This document shows positions 1 to 12,077 of a stretch of 64,000 nt of DNA, piece after piece (within the stretch, counting starts at the first letter, position 1; every line of letters starts with the position of its first letter). The DNA is taken from the NCBI GenBank assembly GCA_964016885.1, contig OZ024748.1, forward strand, positions 16,492,001 to 16,556,000, written 5' to 3'. The notes beneath the pieces are model-generated. The model saw only the letters and a list, made by a program, of their open reading frames with translations, ran no database searches and had not been told where the DNA came from. This stretch comes from Eledone cirrhosa. Its lineage: Eukaryota. The position numbers and the translations under genes are program-made.

Positions 1-2110
1 GTGTGCAGGGGGTATTGGATTAAAAATATAACATCCCTCCACCCGAAACTGACAACCATGTTCAATGACTGCTTGATGTCAGGTGAGGTACTAGAGTGGT
101 TGACAAAAGGTACCACAGTTCTGGTAATGAAAGACCGAATCAAGGGTAATGATGTTACCAACTATAGACCTATCACACGTCTGTCCATAATGTGGAAACT
201 GTTAACAAGCATTGTGTCTGAGGAAATCTACCATCACCTCCACATAAACAACTTGTTACCGGACGAACAGAAAGGATGCCGAAAGAAGTCCTGTGGTACA
301 AAGGACCAGTTACTTATTGATAAGATGGTAATGAGGAATTGCAAGAGGAGAAACACTGGTCTTGCCATGGGATGGATAGACTACAAAAAGGCATTCGACA
401 TGGTACCTCATTCTTGGATAACCAAAAGCCTAGAGATCTTCAAGGTGGCAGATAACATCAGACAGTTGTTGGGCAAAAGTATGAAGTCCTGGAAAACAGA
501 GTTTACATCAGGTGGAGAATCCTTGGGAGGCATGAAGATCAAGAGAGGTATCTTCCAGGGAGATAGTCTGTACCCTCTGTTGTTTGTCCTTGTCCTGATA
601 CCCCTGACCATTATACTGCGAAAAGTGAGAGCAGGATACAAGTTGGGAAAAGGAGAGCTTACCATCAATCACCTCCTCTTCATGGATGATCTTAAGCTCT
701 TCGGGAAGAGTGAGAAGAATTTGGATGTGCTTGTTGACACTGTCCGTATTTTCAGCAATGATATATGTATGCAATTTGGTATTAGTAAGTGTGGTGTCCT
801 TGTGATGAAGAGGGGTAAATTGAGCAGAAGCAACAGAATCCAGGTACCAACAGGTGAGATGATAAAGGAAATTGACACTGAAGAAGGATACAAATATTTA
901 GGTGTTCTGGAGGCAGATGACATCAAGAACAAAAAAATGAAGGAATTGATAAGATCTGAGTACATTCGGAGAGTAAGGAGCATATTAAAATCACATCTGA
1001 AAAGTAGGAATGCCATAAGTGCAGTAAATTCCCGAGCTGTGTCTATTATTAGGTACAGTGCGGGAATGTTGCTGAACAAAAAGAAATGAATAGGAAGACT
1101 AGGAAGCTATTGACTATCTACAACATGTTCCACAAGAGGAGTGATGTCAATAGACTCTACTTAAGGAGATCTGAAGATGGAACAGGTCTTATCAGCATAG
1201 AGGACTGTGTTCAGATGGAGAAAAACAACCTACACAAATACGTGACTGATAGTAGGGAGCCAATGCTCAGAATTGTATTGAAGGAGAGGACAGTAGACCA
1301 GGGATATCCAAGGGGGAAATAACAACAAGGAGAAAGGCAACCTTCATGAAAAATCCCTTCATAGTACCTTCTTTGAGAAAACTGAATTTAGAGATCCACA
1401 GACATAGAACTGGTTGAAAAGAGGAGACCTTAAAAAGGTTACAGAAGGAATGCTAATGGCTGCACAAGCGCAGGCCCTCAAAACGAAGTGGGTAAAACAC
1501 CATATTTACAAGGAGTATAAATACCTAGCCCAGACTCACTATAAAGGCTGGAGACATGATGTGATGTGCAGGGTGATCCTCTGGCACCTATGCAAAGTAA
1601 ACAATTTACCACATTCTGAGAAGTGGCCAGAGTCGGTGATAGAAAACGATCAGGTGAAGGTGCTGTGGGATTTTAGGATACAGACGGACAAGAAACTGGA
1701 ACACAATAGACCTGACCTGGTAGTTTTGGACAAGGAAAAAAGATCGTACCTGATTGTAGATGTAGCCTGCCCATTCGACACAAGAGTGCAAGAGAAGGAG
1801 AGGGAGAAAATTAACTGATACCAGGACTTAAAGTGGGAGGTAAAAAGGATTTGGAACTGCTATGAAGTCAAAGTGGTCCCGACTGTCATAGGCGCACTAG
1901 GTACTATCTCAAAGAGTTTCCAAGGATGGTTAAAGAAAGTTGGTCCAGCCCCGCTTTTTGGAACACTTCAAAAGGCATGCTTGCTGGGAACAGCAAGAAC
2001 ACTCTGATATGTCCTGAATATCTGAGGCTGCAGGTAGTGGCTTGATATTCATTTCAACAAACTTTCCAGTTAAATAACATCAATGACTGAGACTAAAAGA
2101 AGAAGAATAT
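1..2110 (+). mobile_element. R4/Dong-like non-LTR retrotransposon, 3' portion (RT + restriction-like endonuclease), degenerate; continues upstream of the window
   Basis: ORF 1-1089 has RT motifs NYRPIT, QKGC, WIDYKKAFDMVPH, GIFQGDSL, HLLFMDDLKL, YKYLG. Downstream broken frames give RHD, RPDLVVLDK..LIVDVACPFD, EKI..YQDL.WEV.RIW, VVP.VIGALG (PD-(D/E)xK RLE). Last stop ~2023-2025, then short 3' UTR ending in (AAG)n. Several stops/frameshifts; the CCHC knuckle appears deleted near 1505. Confidence 0.9.
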
Positions 2111-2436
2111 TAGGTCGTCAAGTATGAAATTTGAAGAAAGTTTTTTTTCTACATATTTCTACAAATTTCATACTTGACAATCCAATAATAATGATAACGA
2201 CAATGATAAGACAAGAGAAGATGAAAAAAAGACAAGATAGAGAACAGAAAATGACGAAGGACAGAAGAAAAAAGAAAGAAGACAGACAAACAGACAGACA
2301 GGCAGGCAGTCAGACATTTTAAAATAAAACAATAGTGTAAGCTGTGCTTTTCAATAGCTGCACAACAGTAACAGACATTGGACAAACTGGTAGCAAAGAT
2401 TAGAATACATATGTATATATATATATATATATATAT

Positions 2437-2724
2437 AAAGAAAAAGAGATGAAATCAAAAATGCAACTGGAGTCTTATTTTTTTTTTAAATATATATATT
2501 TATTTGGTTCCTTTACCGGTTTCGCAGTTCTTCTGCTTTTCAAAAGGTGAGTTGAGATGGAGGGTCTGTGGTTTTTCTCACGAGAAAAACCACAGACCCT
2601 CCATCTCAACTCACCTTTTGAAAAGCAGAAGAACTGCGAAACCGGTAAAGGAACCAAATAAATATATATATTTTTTTTTAAAATAAGACTTCAGTTGCAT
2701 TTTCGATTTCATCTCTTTTTCTTT
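2437..2724. mobile_element. ~288-bp near-perfect palindrome between (TA)n tracts; probable fold-back PLE terminus
   Basis: Arms 2437-2580 and 2581-2724 are reverse complements (the ORF track gives nearly the same peptide on both strands); each arm carries a hammerhead-like motif; TA tracts on both sides. Confidence 0.8.
2614..2651 (+). ncRNA. Minimal type I hammerhead ribozyme, U3:A8 variant core (mirror copy ~2510-2547 on -)
   Basis: cctt-TTGAAAA-gcag aagaa ctgc-GAAA-ccgg-TA-aagg: helix I cctt/aagg, helix II gcag/ctgc, palindromic helix III accggt. Confidence 0.65.
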
Positions 2725-2770
2725 ATATATATATATATATATATATATTTCGTTTCTGAATTTGTTTATT

Positions 2771-2870
2771 GGCAAAGTTAACCTTGGAGGGATTTGAAAT
2801 CAAACTGTAAAGGGACGTAACTCTATGCTGCAAGGCATGGCATCAGACCCTCTACCGATACTGCCAATCC
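2771..2870 (-). mobile_element. SINE family A, tRNA-like head fragment inside the PLE 5' region
   Basis: Reverse complement matches the head of the full copy at 14054 (ggattggcagtatcggtagagggtc...ttcaaatccc..aggtt.actttgcc). Confidence 0.8.
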
Positions 2871-2899
2871 AATAATATTTCATTTTTAGTTTAACAAAT

Positions 2900-3330
2900 A
2901 TACAATATAGCAACATACCCAGATACAACAGACACGCAGACACAAACAACAATAACAACACACACGGAGACAACAATAACAACAACACACACATCAACAA
3001 CAACAACAGCAACATACCCAGATACAACAACAACAGACACGCAAACACAAACAACAATAACAACACACACAACAACGATAACACACACACACACGGAGAC
3101 AACAGACACGCAGACACAAACAACAATAACAACACACACGGAGACAACAATAACAACAACACACACATCAACAACAACAACAACAGCAACATACCCAGAT
3201 ACAACAACAACAGACACGCAAACACAAACAACAATAACAACACACACAACAACGATAACACACACACACACGGAGACAACAACACACATCAACAACAACA
3301 CACATCAACAACAACAACACACACACATTC
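2900..3330 (+). repeat. CA/CAA-rich low-complexity segment with an internal ~175-bp tandem duplication upstream of the PLE ORF
   Basis: Blocks such as caacatacccagatacaac and cacacggagacaac recur; explains the spurious Val/Leu/Cys ORFs on the minus strand. Confidence 0.7.
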
Positions 3331-3331
3331 A

Positions 3332-6029
3332 ATGCCTCTCACCACCACTACAATCTTAACAAACACACAGACACAGAAAACAAGTAATGACAGTAGCACA
3401 GAAATCAGAGAAATAAGAGAAAGTAATAGGATTAAAAGGAGTAGGGAGACTAAGGACAAAGAGAATAACCAAGACGAACACACAGACACACAAAATAGGG
3501 TAGATAACAACATTGAGCCAGTGGAAAGAGATAGGAGTAATTATGAGAGACATAGAAACAACCATGAAGCTGAGGCTGCTGCTGTTGGTGGAAATAGAAA
3601 CAACACAACTAACAATAGCGCAAGTACACATAAAGCAGCAGCCTGGAACTCTCCGTTTTATAACCCCTCCGATAAATCATTCGACCTACGACGAGTCCAC
3701 GCCACGACTTTGCCATTTAACAAACGCACGCAGTTGCCGTCGCAGGTCGATGAACAAACAGAAGCACAATTTAGTATAGCTAAATCCGAACTTAGAAATA
3801 TTATAGAACAGTATAGCAAGAAGCATAATAGAATAGAGGCCCAGCAACTGGGAGAAGAATCTGCAAATGGCTTGCGTAAGCTCATGCAGCGCTCGCGTAA
3901 TGGAGAGATAGCATGCTTTCCAACAGACAAGTCCGGCAGAATGTCGGTTGACAGCCTGCCAAACTACATCCAGGCAATGCAACCCCACATCACTAACACA
4001 AGAGAGGTAACACCACAGGAGCATGAGGACAGAGAAAAAACCCTCAATGCCCATATGGTGATGTGGACAAATATAATGCAGCCCAACAAAAGGACTGCCA
4101 ACAACTTCCAGGCCTGGAACAATGACGTGCCGGCGTTGTATGGGCTTCGAAAAGACCATAAAACGGGCTGGGACCCTGTCGCGGGACCACCAACACGGCC
4201 AGTCTGTGGGGCTAACATTGCTAGTAACTACAGACTGTCCTACTTCCTCTCCCTGATCATACGCCCCATCATTGAGATGTCCCCAGATGTGTGTGACAGC
4301 ACGGAGGACCTCCTCAGCAGAATCGACGCGGGTAACCGATCTGGGGACCTAACAAACTGCATAATAGGCAGTATGGATGTTGTGTCCCTGTATCCATCTA
4401 TTGACGTGGATTTTGCTGTGGAGAAATGCGTCGAAATGATCAGCGAGAGCAAGGTTGAGTTCCGTGGGATTGATACCAGTGAGCTGGGACTTCTACTTAA
4501 GCTTACCCATAGTAATAGTTACCTAGACACTTATGACCTTAGCAACCTGTGCCCTACAAGACCAGCAAGAGGCAGACCACCTACCATTACCTCAATGGCC
4601 AAGAAAACCCACACAGATAGATGGAACGGGTGGACCAGAGCCATACGGACACCCGAAAACCACGATGAACTGAAGAAAATGATTGCACATGCGGTAGGGG
4701 CCAGCATAAAATTAACCCTTAAGGAACATATGTTCAAATTTAATGGTAAAACATATGCCCAAGAGGAAGGAGCAGCCATTGGTGTTAGCATTGCAGGCGA
4801 CATAGCTAACTTGTTCATGGTATGGTGGGACAGTAGACTTAAACAAAAACTTAAAGAACAATTAGAAGACAGATTAACCCTGATAATGTACTCCCGCTAC
4901 GTAGATGATATAAACATCGTAGTTAAGACACCCCCACTAAAGAACAGTCAGGAACCTGAGAAAAACACAATGGAAAGCATCCAGCAAATAGCAAACTCCA
5001 TCCACCAGAGCATTAGAGTTACTATAGACTACCCAAGTAGACACCCCAACCATCGATTACCTGTACTAGACACAGAGCTCTGGTTAGATACTATTAACAA
5101 CCAAAAACAAATCCTCCATTCCCATTATGCCAAACCCATGACTTCCAAACATCTGATCCACCGAAACTCGGCCATTTCGGACCATACCAAAATCAACATA
5201 CTGATTGCGGATTTGATACGGGTGATGAGAAATGTGTCCCGCATGTGCAACCCCGAAGAACTAGAGAGACACATACAACACTTCATCCACCGTATGCAGT
5301 TCTCTGGCTACAATCAGAGAGATAGAATCAGAGTGTATAAAGGAGCCAGAACCAAATGGGAAAAAATGGTAAATAATGACATAAATGGGACCTGCCCCTT
5401 GTATAGGAGCAAATTTTGGAATAGAATAGAAAGAACTAAGAACAAGGCCAATAGAATAAACTCATGGTATGATAGCAATAAATACCAGAGTGTAATGTTC
5501 ATCAACACAACCCCTAGAGGTGAACTAGCCTACAAATTTAGAAGGGCCCTAAAGAAACATAATCTCAATATTAAGATAGTAGAAAGACCTGGTACCTCCG
5601 TAAAAACACTTATTAGCAAGACATACCCGTTCCAAAGACCCTCATGTATAGATAAGAAATGTATAACCTGTAAAATAAGCCCCCATATTAACTGTAAAAC
5701 TAGAAATGTAGTATATAGCATAAGATGTACTGAGGGACAATGTAGAGACAAAAATATAGTGTACATAGGTGAGACAGCTCGTAGTATAGGGGAACGAATA
5801 AATGAACACTGGCGAGACCTCCAAGATAGTAAAGAATCATCTGTGCTCTACCAACATGCTAAGATAGAACACAGGGGTAAATTAGAGAGCATAGAAATAA
5901 AAAATAGAATCCACACACAAGAAAGACGCAATGTTTAGGCAAATTACAGAGGCAGTAAGCATAAAAGAATTAAAACCAAAATTAAATAGAAAATATGAGT
6001 GGAACAGCAACATCACAACTTACAATTAA
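3332..6029 (+). pseudogene. PLE reverse transcriptase / GIY-YIG endonuclease polyprotein with a single frameshift near 5900
   Basis: TDKSG, LYGLRKDHK, RPVCGA, SMDVVSLYPSI, QEEGAAIG, YSRYVDD, C-x4-C-x2-C linker (CIDKKCITC), VVYSIRC..C..VYIGETARSIGERINEH, HAKIEH. The conserved C-terminus (AMFRQITEAVSIKELKPKLNRKYEW...TAA at 6027-6029) lies in another frame after the A6 run at ~5899-5904. Confidence 0.9.
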
Positions 6030-6215
6030 GGACAAAATGAAAACACACACACACATATATAAACAACTTACAATTGAAAACACACACAAAATGAAAACAC
6101 ACACATGAAAACACACACACACATAGAACAAACAACCAACCAACAATAAATAAATAAATAAACAAACAAATATAAATAGAAAAATAGAAAAATGAACACA
6201 AACACACACAGACAC

Positions 6216-6271
6216 CCGGATGTGGCGCATGCGCAAACTGAGCACGCAACCCACACACAAACAAAATGGCG
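6216..6271 (+). promoter_or_regulatory. Putative pLTR promoter: ETS-, NRF1- and YY1-like motifs
   Basis: CCGGATGT (6216-6223), GCGCATGCGC (6225-6234), AAAATGGCG (6263-6271); NRF1- and YY1-like motifs retained in the copy at ~52423-52482. Confidence 0.45.
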
Positions 6272-6317
6272 TAGGATAGAAGAAAGGAAAGGCACAGAAA
6301 CGAAGAAAGAAATCCCC

Positions 6318-6362
6318 AGTCACTGAAGAGGTCACAGAGTGTGTGACGAAAGAACTATGACT
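6318..6362 (+). ncRNA. Minimal type I hammerhead ribozyme in the PLE pseudo-LTR
   Basis: agtca-CTGAAGA-g-gtcac agagtgt gtgac-GAAA-gaac-TA-tgact: helix I agtca/tgact, helix II gtcac/gtgac, helix III reduced to 1 bp. Confidence 0.75.
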
Positions 6363-6641
6363 ATATATATATAAACAACTATCTGGTTGTGGAACCAACC
6401 AACCAACCAGAAATTTATAAATTTGTAAATTTATAAATATATATTAAATTAAATTGAAGTGAAAGCAACTGGTGCGTGTGTTTCTTATTGGCAACATGGC
6501 CCTCCCAAAGTATAAAAATATACATAGTTTTACTGCAAATGTGGAGAACATGTGACATGATTCTTGACCAATCAGAAGACAATATTTTGTGTTGACAGTA
6601 GAAGGGTTTGCCTCTAATTACCTTTAGCTACTAATTGTATG

Positions 6642-6910
6642 TCGTGGCCTAGTAGTAAAGGTGTTGGACTTACAATCATGATGTCGTGGGTTCGATTCCT
6701 GGGCTGAGTTTCATGTTGTGCTCTTGAGCAAAACATTTCATGTGGCTCCAGTATACACAGCTGAAAATAAATACCAGCAATAACTGGGGATTTAACGCCA
6801 CGATGGATTGGTGTCCTCTCCAGTGGTGAGTCTTGTATTGTCAGTCGCTTCATGCCATGAAACTGGGATAAGTACCAGCCTAACGAGCCTTCTGGATTAC
6901 AGACTTTGAA
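6642..6910 (+). mobile_element. tRNA-derived SINE, diverged, related to family B head/core
   Basis: A box tggcctagtagt, B box ggttcgattcc, then gtgttgtgctcttgagcaaaaca..ctccagt..acacagctg as in family B. Confidence 0.7.
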
Positions 6911-6987
6911 CTTGAATTAATTGCATGTAGTGATTATCAGGTACAAAAAGCTGCTACCTAAAGAGGACCCAATCACCACTGGACTCC

Positions 6988-8844
6988 ACCTAACTGTAAA
7001 ACAATACATTTTAGACTGAGGGATACCTGGGACACCCACTAACTGTAAAACAATACATTTTAGACTGAGGGATACCTGGGACACCCACTAACTGTAAAAC
7101 AATACATTTTAGACTGAGGGATACCTGGGACACCCACTAACTGTAAAACAATGCATTTTAGACTGAGGGATACCTGGAACACCCACTAACTGTAAAACAA
7201 TACATTTTAGACTGAGGGATACCTGGGACACCCACTAACTGTAAAACAATACATTTTAGACTGAGGGATACCTGGAACACCCACTAACTGTAAAACAATG
7301 CATTTTAGACTGAGGGATACCTGGAACACCCACTAACTGTAAAACAATACATTTTAGACTGAGGGATACCTGGAACACCCACTAACTGTAAAACAATACA
7401 TTTTAGACTGAGGGATACCTGGGACACCCACTAACTGTAAAACAATGCATTTTAGACTGAGGGATACCTGGGACACCCACTAACTGTAAAACAATACATT
7501 TTAGACTGAGGGATACCTGGGACACCCACTAACTGTAAAACAATGCATTTTAGACTGAGGGATACCTGGAACACCCACTAACTGTAAAACAATACATTTT
7601 AGACTGAGGGATACCTGGGACACCCACTAACTGTAAAACAATACATTTTAGACTGAGGGATACCTGGGACACCCACTAACTGTAAAACAATGCATTTTAG
7701 ACTGAGGGATACCTGGAACACCCACTAACTGTAAAACAATACATTTTAGACTGAGGGATACCTGGAACACCCACTAACTGTAAAACAATACATTTTAGAC
7801 TGAGGGATACCTGCAACACCCACTAACTGTAAAACAATACATTTTAGACTGAGGGATACCTGGAACACCCACTAGCTGTAAAACAATGCATTTTAGACTG
7901 AGGGATACCTGGAACACCCACTAACTGTAAAACAATACATTTTAGACTGAGGGATACCTGGGACACCCACTAACTGTAAAACAATACATTTTAGACTGAG
8001 GGATACCTGGGACACCCACTAATTGTAAAACAATGCATTTTAGACTGAGGGATACCTGGAACACCCACTAACTGTAAAACAATACATTTTAGACTGAGGG
8101 ATACCTGGAACACCCACTAACTGTAAAACAATACATTTTAGACTGAGGGATACCTGGAACACCCACTAACTGTAAAACAATACATTTTAGACTGAGGGAT
8201 ACTTGGAACACCCACTAACTGTAAAACAATACATTTTAGACTGAGGGATACCTGGAACACCCACTAACTGTAAAACAATACATTTTAGACTGAGGGATAC
8301 CTGGAACACCCACTAACTGTAAAACAATACATTTTAGACTGAGGGATACCTGGAACACCCACTAACTGTAAAACAATGCATTTTAGACTGAGGGATACCT
8401 GGGACACCCACTAACTGTAAAACAATACATTTTAGACTGAGGGATACCTGGGACACCCACTAACTGTAAAACAATACATTTTAGACTGAGGGATACCTGG
8501 GACACCCACTAACTGTAAAACAATACATTTTAGACTGAGGGATACCTGGGACACCCACTAACTGTAAAACAATACATTTTAGACTGAGGGATACCTGGGA
8601 CACCCACTAACTGTAAAACAATACATTTTAGACTGAGGGATACCTGGGACACCCACTAACTGTAAAACAATACATTTTAGACTGAGGGATACCTGGGACT
8701 CCCACTAACTGTAAAACAATACATTTTAGACTGAGGGATACCTGGGACACCCACTAACTGTAAAACAATACATTTTAGACTGAGGGATACCTGGGACACC
8801 CACTAACTGTAAAACAATGCATTTTAGACTGAGGGATACCTGGG
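6988..8844. repeat. 49-bp minisatellite, ~38 copies
   Basis: Unit taactgtaaaacaatacattttagactgagggatacctgggacacccac with a few recurrent variants (aatac/aatgc, ctggg/ctgga). Confidence 0.97.
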
Positions 8845-8849
8845 CAGAA

Positions 8850-8985
8850 CAGGTGAGAGGTAGTCTTGACACGTTGAATGTTTACAGAGGATGTGGGGAA
8901 GGGAGATAATGAATGAAGGGAGGGTGTGCTGGAAAACATCTGTCCAACCCATGCAGGTGTGGAAAAACAGATGTAAAATGCTGAC
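8850..8985 (+). mobile_element. RTE-type LINE 3' end remnant
   Basis: gtgtgctggaaaacatctgtccaacccatgcaggtgtggaaaaacagatgtaaaatg resembles the RTE 3' ends at 36703-36860 and 60500-60635. Confidence 0.5.
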
Positions 8986-9049
8986 TAGATTATGATGAAA
9001 ATGATATAGATAGATCTGTTATATAAGGATGTCAGAAATGCTTCCAGAA

Positions 9050-9345
9050 GACAGAGAAGAGAAGCAAGGGGGGATTTGAGGGAGAAGGGAGGAAAGGGAA
9101 GGAGAGAGAGAAAGATTGAGTGAGAAAAAGTGAGAGAAAGATTGAGTGAGAGAAAGTTAGAGAGAAGTATAGGGAGAGTGAGAGAGAGAAAGATAGAGTA
9201 AGGGAGATTAAGTGAGAGATTGAGTGAGAGAGAGAGATTAAGTGACAGAAAGAGAAAGTGAGAGAGAGAAAAATTCAGTGAGAGAAAGTGAAAGAAAGTA
9301 AAAGGAAATGAAAGAAAGATTGAGTGAGAGGGGAGAGGCACAGAA
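9050..9345. repeat. (GA)-rich low-complexity tract
   Basis: Polypurine gaga/gaaa repeats. Confidence 0.85.
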
Positions 9346-10746
9346 AGATGTTATGTAATATGAAGAAATTGAATTGTTATCAGCTGAACAATGTACAAGA
9401 AGTTGCTTTATATTCTCCTAAAGTAAATCTATATTCAAGGGAACCCTAAATTTCTTTCTCCCCAACATCTCCCTCATCCAATATCCAAATCTAGATTTGT
9501 TATTTTTGTAATGAAATATAATATGTAATATATTATATATACAATATGTACAGGTTGGATCATATAACAAAGATTTAATATTAATATAGGGAAAACATAT
9601 TTAATGTGACTATGGGATCTCATATTTATATTTCTTGTTTAAAATAGTGCTATTTTTGTTCTGTTTTTGTATTTACGAAGGATATTTCTAAACACAAAGA
9701 AGTACAAGGGTTCGATGTTAGTGGTTTGCCCCAGCCTCCGCCTATCCACTTCTTCCATCCTCCACACGTCCTCAGTCAACTCATCAATCACTCCGAATAG
9801 AGTATTCTTTTTTTTAATGATGTCAAATATAGCCTTTTATCATAGGTATAATATAAACGAAGGGATATATGGATTCTGTTGAGAGTTTGTTTTTTGCTTT
9901 ATAATGTGTATCGTTTTTTGTTACGTTCATAAACTGCATTGGTTTTCTAGCTTCTTCAGAATGTCTTTATATGGATCACAGTGATTTGTTCAGAGTTTAT
10001 ACTTTCTATTTTATTAAAACAACTTTACGTAATATATATATGTGTGTGTGTTCAGTGTCAAGTAGTGAAATTTTCTGTATTTTCTGACTTCCATTCTCTC
10101 TCTATCCTTCTCTGGAAGAAATCTGATGTATTCAGACCTGGAGATGAGAAGGGCTCCACCTGGTTTTAAAATGCTCTAGAAATGCTGTATGTCAATGCAG
10201 CATGCTTATGACTCTCTCAGGAGCTACAGGTCCATACATACATACATACACACATACATTCTTTCTTGTGGCACTAAACTCTGCCAGTTGCAGACTGCAT
10301 ATCAACACGAGATATACAAATTTGCTAAATATTCTTGCGATTCAAGGGGGGTGACAATTTCTTTTCCTTTACAACCTTGCCACCAGGAAGGTGGCCAGTC
10401 AAAAATGTACTCGAAATTAAGAGAAAGAGAAACACAGACACAATGTGTATGATTACTACTTTGGTTTTCTAGCTTTTTGTGAATTTCTTTCTATGAACTG
10501 GAGTGGTTTGTTTCACGAATTATATTTTATAATATGTTAAAACAACTCAATTATGTAATATACATATGTGTACAGTGTCAAGTTGTGCAATTGTCAGTAG
10601 TTTGTGTATATTTGTATGTTTTGATGAAAACCTTTCATTATAGCATTCTTGAATCCAAACTAATCAGACGTTTTTATATTGCTATATCTACCTCAATTCT
10701 AATGAACTCATCTTAAGGAGAGAGAGAGAGAGAGACAGAGAGAGTT

Positions 10747-10793
<47 letters not shown>

Positions 10794-11149
10794 TGTGCGT
10801 GTGCGTGTGGTGTCTGGTGTGTGGTGTAGTATGGTGTGTGGTGTGGCGTGGTGTGGTGTGGTGTAGTGTGTGGTGTGTGTATATGTATGTATATGTGTGT
10901 GTCTGTGTGTCTACTTGAATCTATCCACACTCATGTTACATTACATACTATACAATCATTAAATAGAATCCCACATTGTATGTTGCCTGATCTATTCTAT
11001 TGTGAAATAGTTTGTGATAAAGGCACAGCATCCAACCATAAAAAACTTGCCAAACAAAGGTTGAAGAGGACTGTTCAGTCATGACAAAAATATAACAGCC
11101 TCTCAAGTGGTGGTGCCACAATAGAACAAACCCAGTGCACTCTGTAGAG

Positions 11150-11352
11150 CAAGCATGTCAAACATGTGGCCCTTTACAAGTACATCTGTGGCTCGCACAA
11201 TGGTTTTTACAGCGAAAGCATGTTTTATCTTCATAATATAACATTTTTTTTTAAATTGTTGGTATGTGTCCAATTAGTTGTCATGTGTGGCCCTCAGATA
11301 ACACACATGTGACCTAGGTGGCCCTCAGAGGACCTTCAGTTTGACATGCCTG
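11150..11352. mobile_element. hAT/Charlie-like MITE
   Basis: TIRs caagcatgtcaaac ... gtttgacatgcctg; flanks ctgtagag / ctgtaggt (imperfect 8-bp TSD); internal tgtggccc subterminal motifs. Confidence 0.7.
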
Positions 11353-11867
11353 CTGTAGGTGCAGTTACCAGTTAAATAGTGTCTTGGTCTGTGATGACAC
11401 ATCCAGTCCTTGCTAGCAGAGAAAACAAACGTTAATCCCAGTACACTGTGTAGAATATAGGGATGTATGCGAGATGTACACACCAGTTGCTCTGAGATGT
11501 AATTTGCTCTGAATTTGTGATGACACATCAAGTCTTTGCTAGTAGAGAAAACAGACATTAAATAATGATGTTAAGCTGACCAATAATGTTTTTTGAGAGT
11601 TTCTAAATCTAACACATTCAAACCAAGCTTATATCTATAAAACCTCACTATTCTGAACTGAAGCATAAGTGATAGCACGTATAAAACTGTTTGCTACAAC
11701 AACTAATGAAAATATATGAATATGTAGAACTCACAGAGTTAAAACGAATAAAGAAATGCAATCAGTATTTTCCTAAGAATATTTTTAATATTTCTCTTTT
11801 CTTTAGAAGGTGTTAACTATGAAATCAAATATTCCGCACAGATAATTCTAACAATTTTATATACACA

Positions 11868-11933
<66 letters not shown>

Positions 11934-12039
11934 AGTGGAAGCTTAGTAAAATCGAAGCTCTGGCTGTGGCCAAGCTAACAGCATATACACACATATACAC
12001 AAACAAATATAGACACACATCACATGAATATACATACAT

Positions 12040-12077
<38 letters not shown>

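Larger units (their letters stand above)
2748..6520 (+). mobile_element. Penelope-like retroelement (EN+, C-terminal GIY-YIG) with 3' pseudo-LTR and short 5' inverted tail
   Basis: Long RT-GIY-YIG ORF; hammerhead-bearing 3' pLTR (~6205-6520) that recurs at 52176-52488; 5' end TTTCGTTTCTGAATTTGTTTA (2748-2768) is the reverse complement of the tail end at 52566-52586; starts in (TA)n. Confidence 0.92.

Noticed and set aside
3332-6029. Naiad-type or selenoprotein PLE
   Set aside because: Endonuclease is C-terminal and there are no in-frame TGA codons in the ORF.
6988-8844. Possible CRISPR array (also 35306-36445, 38150-42990, 43565-44185)
   Set aside because: Head-to-tail repeats with no unique spacers, no cas genes, eukaryotic context.
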